NCBI GenBank assembly: GCA_964106915.2
Contig: OZ066916.1
DNA: 64,000 bases
Reading direction: 5' to 3' (one strand)
From: Podarcis gaigeae
Lineage: Eukaryota
Shown: in pieces, positions 1 through 11,035 of the stretch
Position numbering within the stretch: the first letter of the stretch is position 1
Layout: every line of letters begins with the position of its first letter
The notes under the pieces: generated by a model
Databases searched by the model: none
Seen by the model: only the letters and a program-made list of their open reading frames with translations
Told to the model about the DNA's origin: nothing
Made by a program: the position numbers and the translations under genes

Positions 1-463
1 CCCCCTCAAATACAGAATTTTATTGTGGGGGCCAAAGCCCCCACGGCCCCTTGGAGTTGGCTTCTATGCTATCTTTCTTATGGACAACTCACCAGAAGAA
101 ACCCTGCCACCCAGGGCTGTGTTTGGAGTCCTGCCAGAAACTAACTATAACCCTATTTATTCCCAACACCTGTGTAGAATTTTAATCAGATGTCAAGGTT
201 CAACAGACATTAGGAATAGTAATTGGATTCAAAATAGCTTTTGAGGAATTATCTGGAAATTGGTAGACTGAAAGCAAGGAATCTGAACAAGATACCAAAT
301 AAGGGTCAGATCAGGTTTTTGTTCTTGTTTTAACTTAACATTAAGGTTTTCATGAGCCTAAAACCAGATTTTGTGACAAACAGAGGCATCGAGTGAAACA
401 ATGTTTCTTTGAAAAACTTATTGCTCTCTGAATAACAAGGATGCCAAGAAGTGGGTTGAACTA

Positions 464-593
464 CAGTGGTACCTCAGGTTACACACGGTTCAGGTTACAT
501 ACGCTTCAGGTTACAGACTCCACTAACCCAGAAATAGTGCTTCAGGTTAAGAACTTTGCTTCAGGATGAGAACAGAAATAGTGCTTTGGCGGC

Positions 594-627
<34 letters not shown>

Positions 628-710
628 GCCCCATTAGCTAAAGTGGTCTTCAGGTTAAGAACAGTTTCAGGTTAATAACGGACCTCCAGAACGAATTAAG
701 TACTTAACTG
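464..710 (+). mobile_element. Tc1/mariner (Tigger-like) MITE, family A, right TIR partly deleted
   Basis: TA + CAGTGGTACCTCAGGTTA at left; same internal sequence as the copies at 6101, 9826, 28454 and 33044; right end reads CTTAAC-TGTA, lacking CCGAGGTACCAC; contains (CAG)10 at 595-624. Confidence 0.85.
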
Positions 711-2012
711 TATTGGGTTGAACTGGGCCACTTTATTATTTACAGAACACACTTGCAGTGGGAAACTTATTACTGCAGGAAAAATGGCTATGAAAATCTC
801 AGGCAAACAAAGATAGTCTAAGTTTAAGCACACTGTTTCATGCAACGTGTGTGAAATCTGGAAGCTAGTTTATGGAATAGGCTCCTGCAAGGTCCAAGGA
901 TTGTCAGTATACTCACCTGAGTTATGGTCAAAATACTAGGCTAATGAAATGAATATTTGCTATAATCAGGCCTTGTTAACATTTATGGTGAAGTCTGGTG
1001 TTCTAAAATTGTTTTGAGTAAACACAAGTTGCAAACACAGAGATTGTAAACCACAGTCAGAGCATCCATGTTTAAAACAATGTAATCCAGTAAGTTACAT
1101 CTATAGCAAACTCCAAACAAATAAACTATAAATCAACCACAAATGTAATAAGCTCCAGTGCATTTTGAAGTACTCTGGATTTTATTCACTTATGTGGCAG
1201 ACGTTTGTATGACTTGCAAACAGTGTTATTGTAAGTTATTGAAGATCTGTAAAGAGATCCTGTGACACTTAATATAGGTTCCCCCAATGCAATATTTTTG
1301 CTCTTCCACACATGCCTAACTTTGATGTCAATAAAGTTTAAGTGTGCTTAATTTCCTATAGCATTTCTGAGGGAGAATGCTTTTTTAAGATGTTGAAATC
1401 ACGTATTTTGGAACAATTATTTCTAATTATACATGGTTATACGTATAGCCATTTCTATTGAATCTGGGTGTTAGTTTGTTTGTTTTTTAAAAAAAGAAAA
1501 TATGAGGATTTACTAAACAAAGCTGTTTCTACAGCACTGTTGCTATGAATGCACTAGTTACATTTCAGTATCTGTTACAGCTTTGCATTCTTGGCCTTTT
1601 AGGAAAAAATAATAATGTGTTAGTGTCATCTTTTGTTCTCTTGAGATTTTATTGCTTCTCGTGATTGTATCTTTTCATCTTTTTCTTTTCTGAAATAAAG
1701 ATAGTTTTGTCCCTCAGGATTCCTTTTAGAAAAGCTAGGAAAATTGCTAGTATTTCTTTCTGTTATTAATTTGAAGGAAACATTTCATTTCTTCTTGATG
1801 GAACATTTGAGTAGTACGCATCCAGAAGTGCAATCCTCTGATAAAGTTATTGGTGCACCCAGGTCTTGCAGAAAACCTTGGCAATAGCCTGTGCAGATTG
1901 ATGGTAGGCTTGGTCTTCTAGCCCTACATGTGATTCTAAGACGATACAGATAAAACACATACAAACTCTGTTCCCAAAGAGTTTGTAATTAGAGCACAGG
2001 TAAAGTTGGGAG

Positions 2013-2471
2013 TTATAGTTAAAGCCATGGTTTTCCAAGTAGTGATGTATGGAAGTGAGAGCTGGACCATAAAGAAGGCTGATCGCCGAAGAACTGATGC
2101 TTTTGAATTATGGTGCTGGAGGAGACTCTTGAGAGTCCCATGGACTGCAAGAAGATCAAACGTATCCATTCTTAAGGAAATCAGCCCTGAGTGCTCACTG
2201 GAAGGACAGATCCTGAAGCTGAGGCACCAATACTTTGGCCACCTCATGAGAAAAGAAGACTCCTTGGAAAAGACCCTGATGCTGGGAAAGATTGAGGGCA
2301 CAAGGAGAATGGGACGACAGAGGCCGAGATGGATGGACAGTGTTCTCGAAGCTACCAGCATGAGTTTGACCAAACTGCAGGAGGCAGTAGAAGACAGGAG
2401 TGCCTGGTATGCTCTGGTCCATGGGGTCACAAAGAGTCGGACATGACTAAACGACTAAACAACAACAAACA
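2013..2471 (+). mobile_element. BovB (RTE) LINE, 5'-truncated 3' fragment
   Basis: Encodes VKAMVFQVVMYGSESWTIKK...VHGVTKSRT, matching the C-terminus of the RT ORF at 26394-28199; (AAC)n tail; 11-bp TSD AAAGTTGGGAG at 2002-2012 and 2472-2482. Confidence 0.95.
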
Positions 2472-4544
2472 AAAGTTGGGAGAAAAAGAAAAATGTACAC
2501 AAATGCTATTATATGTACTTAAAACTTTGTTGTAGCTGGTAATAAAGATTAGAAAGGATAAGCTAAAAGCCATGAACAGTTGATTGAGTCCCTACCATAG
2601 AAGCATGTGTTTGCTTTTTGTTTATCCATACTTGGATTTTTCAACCCTTAATATCCCATTCTGAGAGATAGGGTGGAAATAGTTCATGATCAGTATGTGT
2701 GCCTTTAGGCGCGGCATGTTAAGTTTCTATGATGTTTTCTCTCTCTCTCATTAGAAGAATCTTTTGCATTCCTAAAAGAGAATGCTGGAGAGTAGAAACT
2801 TGCTTCCACTCATGATTGCAAGGGCTCTCGTTGAAACAGACAACACTTAATTGTGTCAAATGGTTAAGAAAATATAGACCTTTACAGTGCATCCTTATAA
2901 AAAAGCAAATGAAGTATGCGATGATAAAGAAAAGCAGCATCCCTAGAAACAAAATAATAGTAATAAAGCATATTTGAGAAAACTGAATGCATTGATTCAG
3001 AGCTTTAAAATAAAGATCAGTGCTGATCAGAGTGGAAGAATAGAAGAAAATCTGGATTGAGTTTGATGACTCACGTGATCTGTGGTAGAGACATGGCCTT
3101 GTTTCTTGGTTCTGTAGCTCTCCTTAATCTTTCCTTTTTATTGACTGCTGGCAATTTGTATCTGGAGCAGTGGCATGTTTTTTATTGATTTTTCAATCTA
3201 CATCCTTAAGCCCTGTTTAACAATAGAGCGTTTTTGTCTGTGACATTGGGCATCATACAAAGGTGAAAGACCATTTGAGATACACACCCCACATGAACAC
3301 CCAAATGGTTCTGGCACATAAGTGGAGCAAAACTAATAGAGTTGTCACTTGATTAAATAAATATTAGCCAATAGTGTGAATTTTAATATTTCAATTAACT
3401 CTTAATGAATTTGCATATGAATAAATAGTTCTAAAAACAGCATACTTCGTTGCTTTTATGTGATGCATAGCTTGCAATATTTCAGAAGACATTCTATTCT
3501 GTGGAAAAGAGGGTTTATTTTTCTAAGAATGTGTCTATAATTCATGGATTTCTAAACAGTGATGTTTTTAAAATAATTAACACTTTAAAAATGTACATTA
3601 TTAATTTGGGCACCTTTTTTAATTCACTACACATTGCAGTCCTATTCAATTCATTACACATTGCAGTCCTGAAGATTTATGCTTTTGTAACAACATCGAC
3701 CAAACTTATTTGGGCACTTAGTGTAGCAACTTACCTCTAAGCTTTTATCACACTTCTAATGCTTTTGGATTAGCAAATAGGTTTATTGGAGAGTACATGG
3801 AGGAAGGCAGTTTCAATGATTCCTCCTCTCTTGCAGTTCTCCACACATCCCACAACTGCTTTGGAGGGTCTTCCAACTTTCTGAGAAGACTTGAAGGACA
3901 TGGAGGGTTGTAGAAGGTAGGGAGAATTGCCAAAAATCGCCTCTCTCCCTATTCCTTCAGCAGAGGGACACCAATTGGATGCCACCTATTGTATCTTTAT
4001 TGAAATAGTGTCCTTTAACACTTTGACCCAAAGTTCCCATATTGCTGTTATTTTGAGTGCTTTCTTTTTGTTCCCCTGTCTTTAGTCAAAGGTGGCTACC
4101 TTTACAAATGGAGCACTGGTTAAATCACCACAGTTTGAACTCATTATATCCGTTCTCACATTTTCCTTCTTTGATCAATGACATAGTTGCTGTAATAAAA
4201 TAATCAGGCTAATATATTTAAAGAGCCAACAAAAAATCTGGATAGTGCTTCTGAATACAAAATGACTGAAGGCGCTTTTAGATAAGATCATGTCTAGACT
4301 GAAGTTATAAGAGTGCTTTCAGTTATGGATGCCAGCCAGTGGTCTTTTAATAGGTCTGTGAGGTTACAGGAAAAGGAAAAAAAATTCTACTTGTGGCTAA
4401 TGAATGTGACATTGTCTCTGAGGTTCTCTTGGGATGTTTGCTTAGCATTTGCTCAAAGATGTAAAAGCAAATGGGTATGATATACTTAAAACAAGACAAA
4501 ATGAGCAACAGCTGGTTCTAATGGTGGCTGGGGTTGGGGTGGGA

Positions 4545-5970
4545 GAGTACTGTGGCACCTTAAAGAATAATAAATGGATTATAGCTTAAACTTTTCATGG
4601 ACCACACTCCACATCATCAGATACATGAAATGTTATCCTGAATTAAGGTGTATATAAAGCCATGGTGCTGGCGGTGGAGGGCCATTACTGTGAAGAGGGA
4701 TATCAGAAATAAATAAAATTCAGGTAAGTGAAGTGAAGGGCATGAGACAGGAGTTGATGATGCAGGTGAGCTATGCATAAGCAAGCTGCCAGCTAGCTCC
4801 TCAGAGGCTCTTTTTATTAGCACAATATGCAAAACCAGTCAGATACATTTTGGACTGTGCCCTTTATACATCTTCCAATCACGCGATCGTGGGGTGGTAC
4901 AAAGTTATTTTGGCACTTGTTTCCACCGTGTCACTTTCCCCCTCAACAATGTTTAAACGAAGGAGACAAAGGTCACAGACAAGGCATGGCAGACCACTGA
5001 GAAAGCCAAAGGTTAGATAGAGGACATGGCGTTCAGACAGCTGTGGCTTGTCTGTGGGCGGAAGTGTGCTTCACACCCGGCAGTCATTCCTTCAGGTAAG
5101 TATAGATGGTAATGATGTTATTAGGAGTGGCCTTTCAAGAAACAAAATGCTTGATAGCATGGGTGTCCTGTCACAAGTGATAGTGCTGAACCCCATGATG
5201 AAATGTAATACAGTGGTTTTTTCTTGGAAGTGTCTTTGTCTGAGTATGGGCACTTTAAGGTCTGTTACAGTGCACCCTTTTTGAATGTCATATTTGTGTT
5301 CATTTATTCTTTTCTGTGGAGACTGGCTTATTTGCCAGTAGAACAAGGAAGAACATAGTTGGTATATGTCATACTGAAAGATAAGCTGGCATATTAACAG
5401 CTCATAGTTTGGATGACAGTATTTGGTCTTGAAAAAGTGTTTTTGGACTTGACATGGAAAACAGTGGGCATCTTGTGGGTCTGCCACAGGGTGTGCCCCC
5501 TGTTTCTATATCTTTGCTATGTAGCCTGCTGTTGGCTGGTGAGTACAGTGGTACCTTGGGTTGCAAACGCTTCGGGTTACAAACTTCACAAAGTAGGTGT
5601 CCTGGGTTGCAACCTTTGCCCCAGGATACGAACGCAATTCCTCTTCCGGGGCAATTCCTCTTCCAGGAGGCCTATGTAGGGAATGCGCGCCTCGGGTTCA
5701 GAACACTTCGGGTTAAGAACTGACTTCCGGAATGAATTAATTTCATAACCCAAGGTACCACTGTAGATGTTTTAGGTAGAGGGCAGGCCCTGTGAGTAAG
5801 TAGAGGCCTAGCATCTAAGACCTGTGAGAAGAAAGTGTCATTGTCTACTACAGGACAAACCTAGAAGAAAAGGAAGAGACCGCCACTTTTCACTTACAGC
5901 TCCCGGTTAAAAACAACAGCCAAACATTTGAATGGATGCTCAGTGATCTACCACTAATCCTGGGCAAGGA
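4545..5970 (-). mobile_element. Degenerate Penelope-like retroelement (GIY-YIG region) with nested insertions and an inverted 5' segment
   Basis: GAGTACTGTGGCACCTTAAAGA...CATCAGATACATG resembles a reptile Penelope terminus; minus-strand translation QISQSPQKRINEHKYDIQKG...TDLKVPILRQ resembles the Penelope GIY-YIG motif GQTGQSLRKRINGHKSDI...DLKVAILQQ; 5845-5970 reads Penelope-like (LLQDKP...) on the + strand. Confidence 0.7.
5546..5763. mobile_element. Tc1/mariner MITE, family A-type TIRs with a different interior, nested in Penelope
   Basis: TIRs CAGTGGTACCTTGGGTT / AACCCAAGGTACCACTG; TA at 5544-5545 and 5764-5765. Confidence 0.9.
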
Positions 5971-6100
5971 TAGAGGATGTAGTTTTGATATACTCCTCAA
6001 TCAGTAGTAGTACAGGTTTTCCAGTGAACTGAAGTAGTGTAGTACATTCAGCTACCATGGTGTGATTCTGCTGCACAAACCTAGGTGGCAGATCCCTATA

Positions 6101-6341
6101 CAGTGTTACCTCGGGTTACATACGCTTCAGGTTACATACGCTTCAGATTACAGACTCCGCTAACCCAGAAATAGTGCTTCAGGTTAAGAACTTTGCTTCA
6201 GGATGAGAACAGAAATCGTGCTCTGGCAGCGTGGCGGCAGCAGGAGGCCCCATTAGCTAAAGTGGTCTTCAGGTTAAGAACAGTTTCAGGTTCACTACGG
6301 ACCTCTGGAATGAATTAAGTACTTAATCCGAGGTACCACTG
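6101..6341 (+). mobile_element. Tc1/mariner MITE, family A, complete
   Basis: TA-CAGTGTTACCTCGG ... CCGAGGTACCACTG-TA. Confidence 0.9.
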
Positions 6342-7790
6342 TATTGCCATAATTTAACTAGAACGGTTTAGCTTTGCCCATGGGGGGGGGGGGGGAGGAA
6401 TGAGCTTATGCCACCACATATGACTTTTTCAATCTTTTTGTATATTGAATCTGCACAATTCATCCATTTAGTTTTGTATAAACATTCTACTTAACTGTGA
6501 TTTGTTATTCTTAATTATAATTAAACATTACATCTGAATGCTTAAACCATGGCTTAGGTTTGTATGTAAACCAGGCTGTGGATTTGCAAACCACTGTTAA
6601 TAATATAATGCTGGATACAGGATTTTGGAAGCCATTGGGCATAGTAGTACCATTAGTTGTGCTCATAATATGGACAGACTCTCTTAGGCTGCATCTGATT
6701 ATTTTTTTTAATAATGTGTGAAAAGCAAAAAGGCTAGCACTGTTACAGTGGTGGACCCTCTTCTAGTCTTGGGGCCCTGGAAAATCCCTCTGGAACTATC
6801 TGTGGCTTTGTGTCATCATCCACACTGAGGGTTTCCTCCTCCTTACTTATAATATGCCAAGTGGATTTCATCAGTATCTTTATGTCTACATGTCATCCAG
6901 TAGCAGGCTTAGCTCAGTGAGTTAAAATACTGTTTCCCTAGTTGTTTGGGATCATAGTATCAAAGCAACTGAGGCTGGAGTCTTAACCTCACTTCCTGGG
7001 AATACTTCTGAGTAGACATAGGACTGCACTGGAAATGTAAGCATTAATCATGTGTGCAGAGGGCCTTGGTGTTCATCTTGTAGCTTTTTTTTTAGCAGAA
7101 GAAGCTTTTGTTGCATTTCCTTTCTTTTATGTGGTGGCCAAAATATGAAATCCATTTTCAAGGAGGAAGTGTACTATTAATTCTTAATGTAATGGTGCTG
7201 TCATTTTTCATCCTTTAATTACAGGAAGTTTTAAACTTGACACTACAAACTATTTGTAGCATGAATTAATAATGCTAAAAATGATAAAGTCATTTAAACA
7301 ACTTTAAGAGAATACTTTTCCCTCTCTGGTTTTTAATAGTGTGTATGACCTGCAAGTAAAATCCAAAGTCATTTCATGGGTTGACTGCTTAATGGAGAAT
7401 TGTCACAATTAAAATAAAACGAGGAAGCTGGTGTAGAAGCATGAATTCTTGTTCCTTCTATCAATTTCACAGAGAATAAAATTCATTTTGAGAGTGGAGT
7501 GGGAAGTTAGGTTAAAAAATGCCTACACACAGTGAGATAGAGATAGAGGGAGAGAGTTGTTTTCTTGCTGGGTATATTTTTTAACTGGCAGTTGTAACCC
7601 TGCAGAGAAATCAGATTGTTTATGTAGTAAAGATTATGTATGTAAAGTGTTAGCCGTGAACCAAACTGACTTGTGGTCTTACTGACTCATGCTTATAGAC
7701 AAATAAGAAGGCAGAATGGTAGAGATTGGGTGGACGAGTCTGACCGGTGAAAATGAAAGGCCAGTTTCAGTGCTGTTCAGATAAGAGTAC

Positions 7791-7891
7791 AATTTCTGTT
7801 CTCATCCTGAAGCAAAGTTCTTAACCTGAGGTACTATTTCTGGGTTACCGGAGTCTGTAACCTGAAGCGTCTGTAACCTGAGGTACCACTG
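7791..7891 (-). mobile_element. Tc1/mariner MITE, family A, half copy
   Basis: Reverse complement of the left ~100 bp of family A, ending GAGGTACCACTG-TA; the other half is absent. Confidence 0.85.
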
Positions 7892-8304
7892 TAGCTTAAT
7901 TCAGTTGAAGTGGAATGTTGAGGGATTTAGGGGGAGACTGGGAGAAACCTGAAGGAAGCCAGTAGAAGTAGCATCTGAAGGGAAGCTGATATAACTGCGG
8001 CAAAGAGCTCAAGGAGGTCTGCTAAGAAGGGAACTAAGCTTCTTGACAGCATGCCAGGTTGTTGCTGGACCAGGCTTCAGGCCACACTGCAATCCTGAGA
8101 AAAGCCTGAAGGACCCCACAAGGAAATGAAGATATTGACTTGGTAACTTGCTTGTTACCCAGCACAACATTCAAACATTCATACACTGCTTGATTGTAAT
8201 AAATCTTCAAAGTAGTTCATTAAGAGAATAAAACAATAAAATTATCAATAAAAACGGTTTTTAAAAGTATTTAAACATTCAAAAATATTTAAAATCAGCA
8301 CTAG

Positions 8305-8474
8305 AAGAGACCCCTCACCAGAAGTGGTGGACTGTCTTTTGTTGGAGACTTTTAAGCAGAAGTTGGGATGACTAGTTGTCATGGATGATCTAGTTGAGAT
8401 TCTTGCATTACAGGGGAGTTGGACTAGATGACCCTTGGGGGTTCTTCCAGCTCTACAGTTCTCTGATTCTATGA
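8305..8474 (+). mobile_element. CR1 LINE 3' end
   Basis: GTTGGACTAGATGACCCTTGGGG..TTCCAGCTCTA and terminal ATTCTATGA-type repeat characteristic of CR1. Confidence 0.8.
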
Positions 8475-9825
8475 CCCCAGCCTGGATTTTTCATTTTAAA
8501 TCTCACTGGTAATACTTGCCAACTGTGCTAAAGAAATTTATAAAACAAGATTTTTCCTGGGATTGTTGCCTGACTTCAATAAGGGTTTTTGGGTGGTGTC
8601 ATTTTATCTTAAAAGAATGTACTTCCATTGACAAGAGAGAATATTATGTGACCTGGACATCAGTTTTCATTATTATTTTGACTAATGCATTTCATGAACA
8701 ACCTGCTAATAGAATCTGCCAGGCTGGAAAAAGTTTTGTGGCACCTTATCTATTAACAAGTATGTTAGCACAGCTTTCATCTTGTGAATGTTAGCGTTCC
8801 ATGGCAGGCTTGGTTTGGTTTGGTTTTTATGAATTTGCCTCAGGAAGACCTATGTTTTAAAATCTGGAATAAATTTTACTTTTTATTTAACAGTTCCTGG
8901 ATTATTTTATTTAACATCTTACATAAAGCTGGGAACAGGATAAGGTTTAATAATATAGACTGAGGCAGGTTGGAAATCTCAGTGAACGGTGTTTAAGATC
9001 AGGTAGATTGATGCTTCTGACTTTCAAGAAATTGTAAACAACACCTATTCATATGTAGACAGGTGTAGAAAATGTAGAGAACAGAGGTCAACAGCATTTT
9101 CATTTATCTCTTCTATTTTGACACTTTTGTTAGGGAATTAGGAAATCAATAGACACTAATTTCATTGGCAAGGATTACAGAGTACACAGGAAGGAACATT
9201 CATGATGTCCCTAGTTTTGTTCAAGGGCACTTTGAATAGAATCAAATGATTTCAGCTGTCTAACTGAGCTGGTATTTCAACCATTAATTTATTCAAACAC
9301 TTAGGGCCAACTGCATATATACTTCTCTGTCAATGCCAAATATAGTTTTGATTTTTTTTCCTTACGCATTGTCTATGTAAGAATATGTGTTAGAATTAAA
9401 ACGCTAACTGTCTGTTTACAAAAGAATGCAGTATACTAAAATATAGTTATCCCAGACTGCAACAGAGCAGTTCTTTAGAACGTGTAAATTAGTGCTACTC
9501 AAGTTTGCATCAGATCTAAGCTCAAGGAATTTCAAGGGTAATTTAGAGTCTTCCAGTTGTCCTTACTCCATAATCCCAGTGCTAAGACTTTAAACATTGT
9601 CAATTATTCTTAAGAGATAAGAACTCAGCTTGGGCTAAATCTGATACATATTTTTGAAGCTTTTTTCAATAGAAAAAATAATAATCCCCCAACAACTGTC
9701 AATGTCAACACTAGCTTAACCTTTATGTTGTACAGGTTTTTCCCCCCTGTTAACCTTACATAAGTATGTTTGTAATATTATACCCATGCTTCTCAGAAGA
9801 TTTAGTAAGTTCTTATTTTGAAATA

Positions 9826-10127
9826 CAGTGGTAATTCGGGTTACAGACACTTCAGGTTACAGATGCTTCAAGTTACAGACTCCGCTAACCCAGAAATAGT
9901 ACTGTGGCACCTCGGGTTACAGACGCTTCAGGTTACAGACTCCGCTAACCCAGAAATAGTACCTCGGGTTAAGAACTTTGCTTCAAAATGAGAACAGAAA
10001 TTGTGCAGTGGCGGTGCAGCGGCAGAAGGAGGCCCTATTAGCTAAAGTGGTACCTCAGCTTAAGAACAGTTTCAGGTTAAGAACTTACCTCCAGAACGAA
10101 TTAAGTTCTTAACCCGAGGTACCACTG
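9826..10127 (+). mobile_element. Tc1/mariner MITE, family A, with duplicated left end
   Basis: TA at 9824-9825 and 10128-10129; 9826-9900 and 9901-9960 are two copies of the left terminus. Confidence 0.9.
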
Positions 10128-10953
10128 TATAGCTATTGGATGACATGGTGCTTTGTTCCTTTTTCCTTCAAGGGTTCCTCAATGCAGCCACTTGAACACT
10201 AAAGAATATGATTGTGGATGAGGCATATATTGGAGACTGTTCCTAGTATTTTTGGTTATTTAAAGATAGCAGGCCATTAGTTACTTCAATACCAGTATGG
10301 GTAACACGAAGCTCTTCTGATATTGCTGCACCACTAACTCCCACCAGCACCCACCAGCATTGTCCATGTTATAATCACAATTGCATTTCATTTGTTACTG
10401 TTCACAAAGTTACACTAAGGAGCCAAAGAGTACTAGTAACTTAGCCCATAAGCTTTCAGCTGCTATTAGTCAAACCTGTCAGGCCACCACCACTTATACT
10501 TTGGCCCAAAACTCTTGAAAAGTCACATGAAGGCATGACATCATTGTAAGAATTATCCAGATGTTTCCCAAAGATGTCCAGAATTTTAAAACATGTTTCT
10601 CAGAAGATTTAAATTTCCCCTAAAGCAAATAGAACACCTTTGCATACTAGGAAAATAGACATGTTTTGGATACCCTTGGTAAACAGTTGATAAGCCATAT
10701 ACAGTATCTGTCCATCTTAAGTAATGCTTTCTGTAATAGTTGGCCATTGCTGATTATGAAGATTTGGACAGAGGATGTTAGTTCCAGCACTCACTTGGGG
10801 GTTCGAGCAAACATACTGACATATAACACTTGTAGCCACTTAGAGGGTGAAATATCCCAGATATTGGAGTTTATCAGCCTGTTAGTAGCCTACACACCTT
10901 TAGCATTGTTAATTCTATCTTACTTTTAGGGCCTTTTGACAAAGAATCAAGTT

Positions 10954-11035
10954 GGCTGCATTCCTAACCCTAGGTAACTAGGAGTAAGCCCCACTGAATT
11001 CAATGGAACTTATTTCTAAGAAGACATAGGGTTTT
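10954..11035. repeat. Old short palindromic interspersed repeat (MITE-like), one of several degenerate copies
   Basis: AGTAAGCCCCACTGAATTCAATGGAACTTA core; related copies near 6970-7030, 20040-20120, 53835-53925 and 58910-59000. Confidence 0.55.

Noticed and set aside
471-560. Regularly spaced TTCAGGTTA units that superficially resemble a CRISPR array
   Set aside because: Subterminal repeats of a eukaryotic MITE; no unique spacers and no cas genes.
5090-5101. Consensus splice donor CAG/GTAAGT
   Set aside because: Lies within a decayed Penelope element with no matching acceptor or reading frame.
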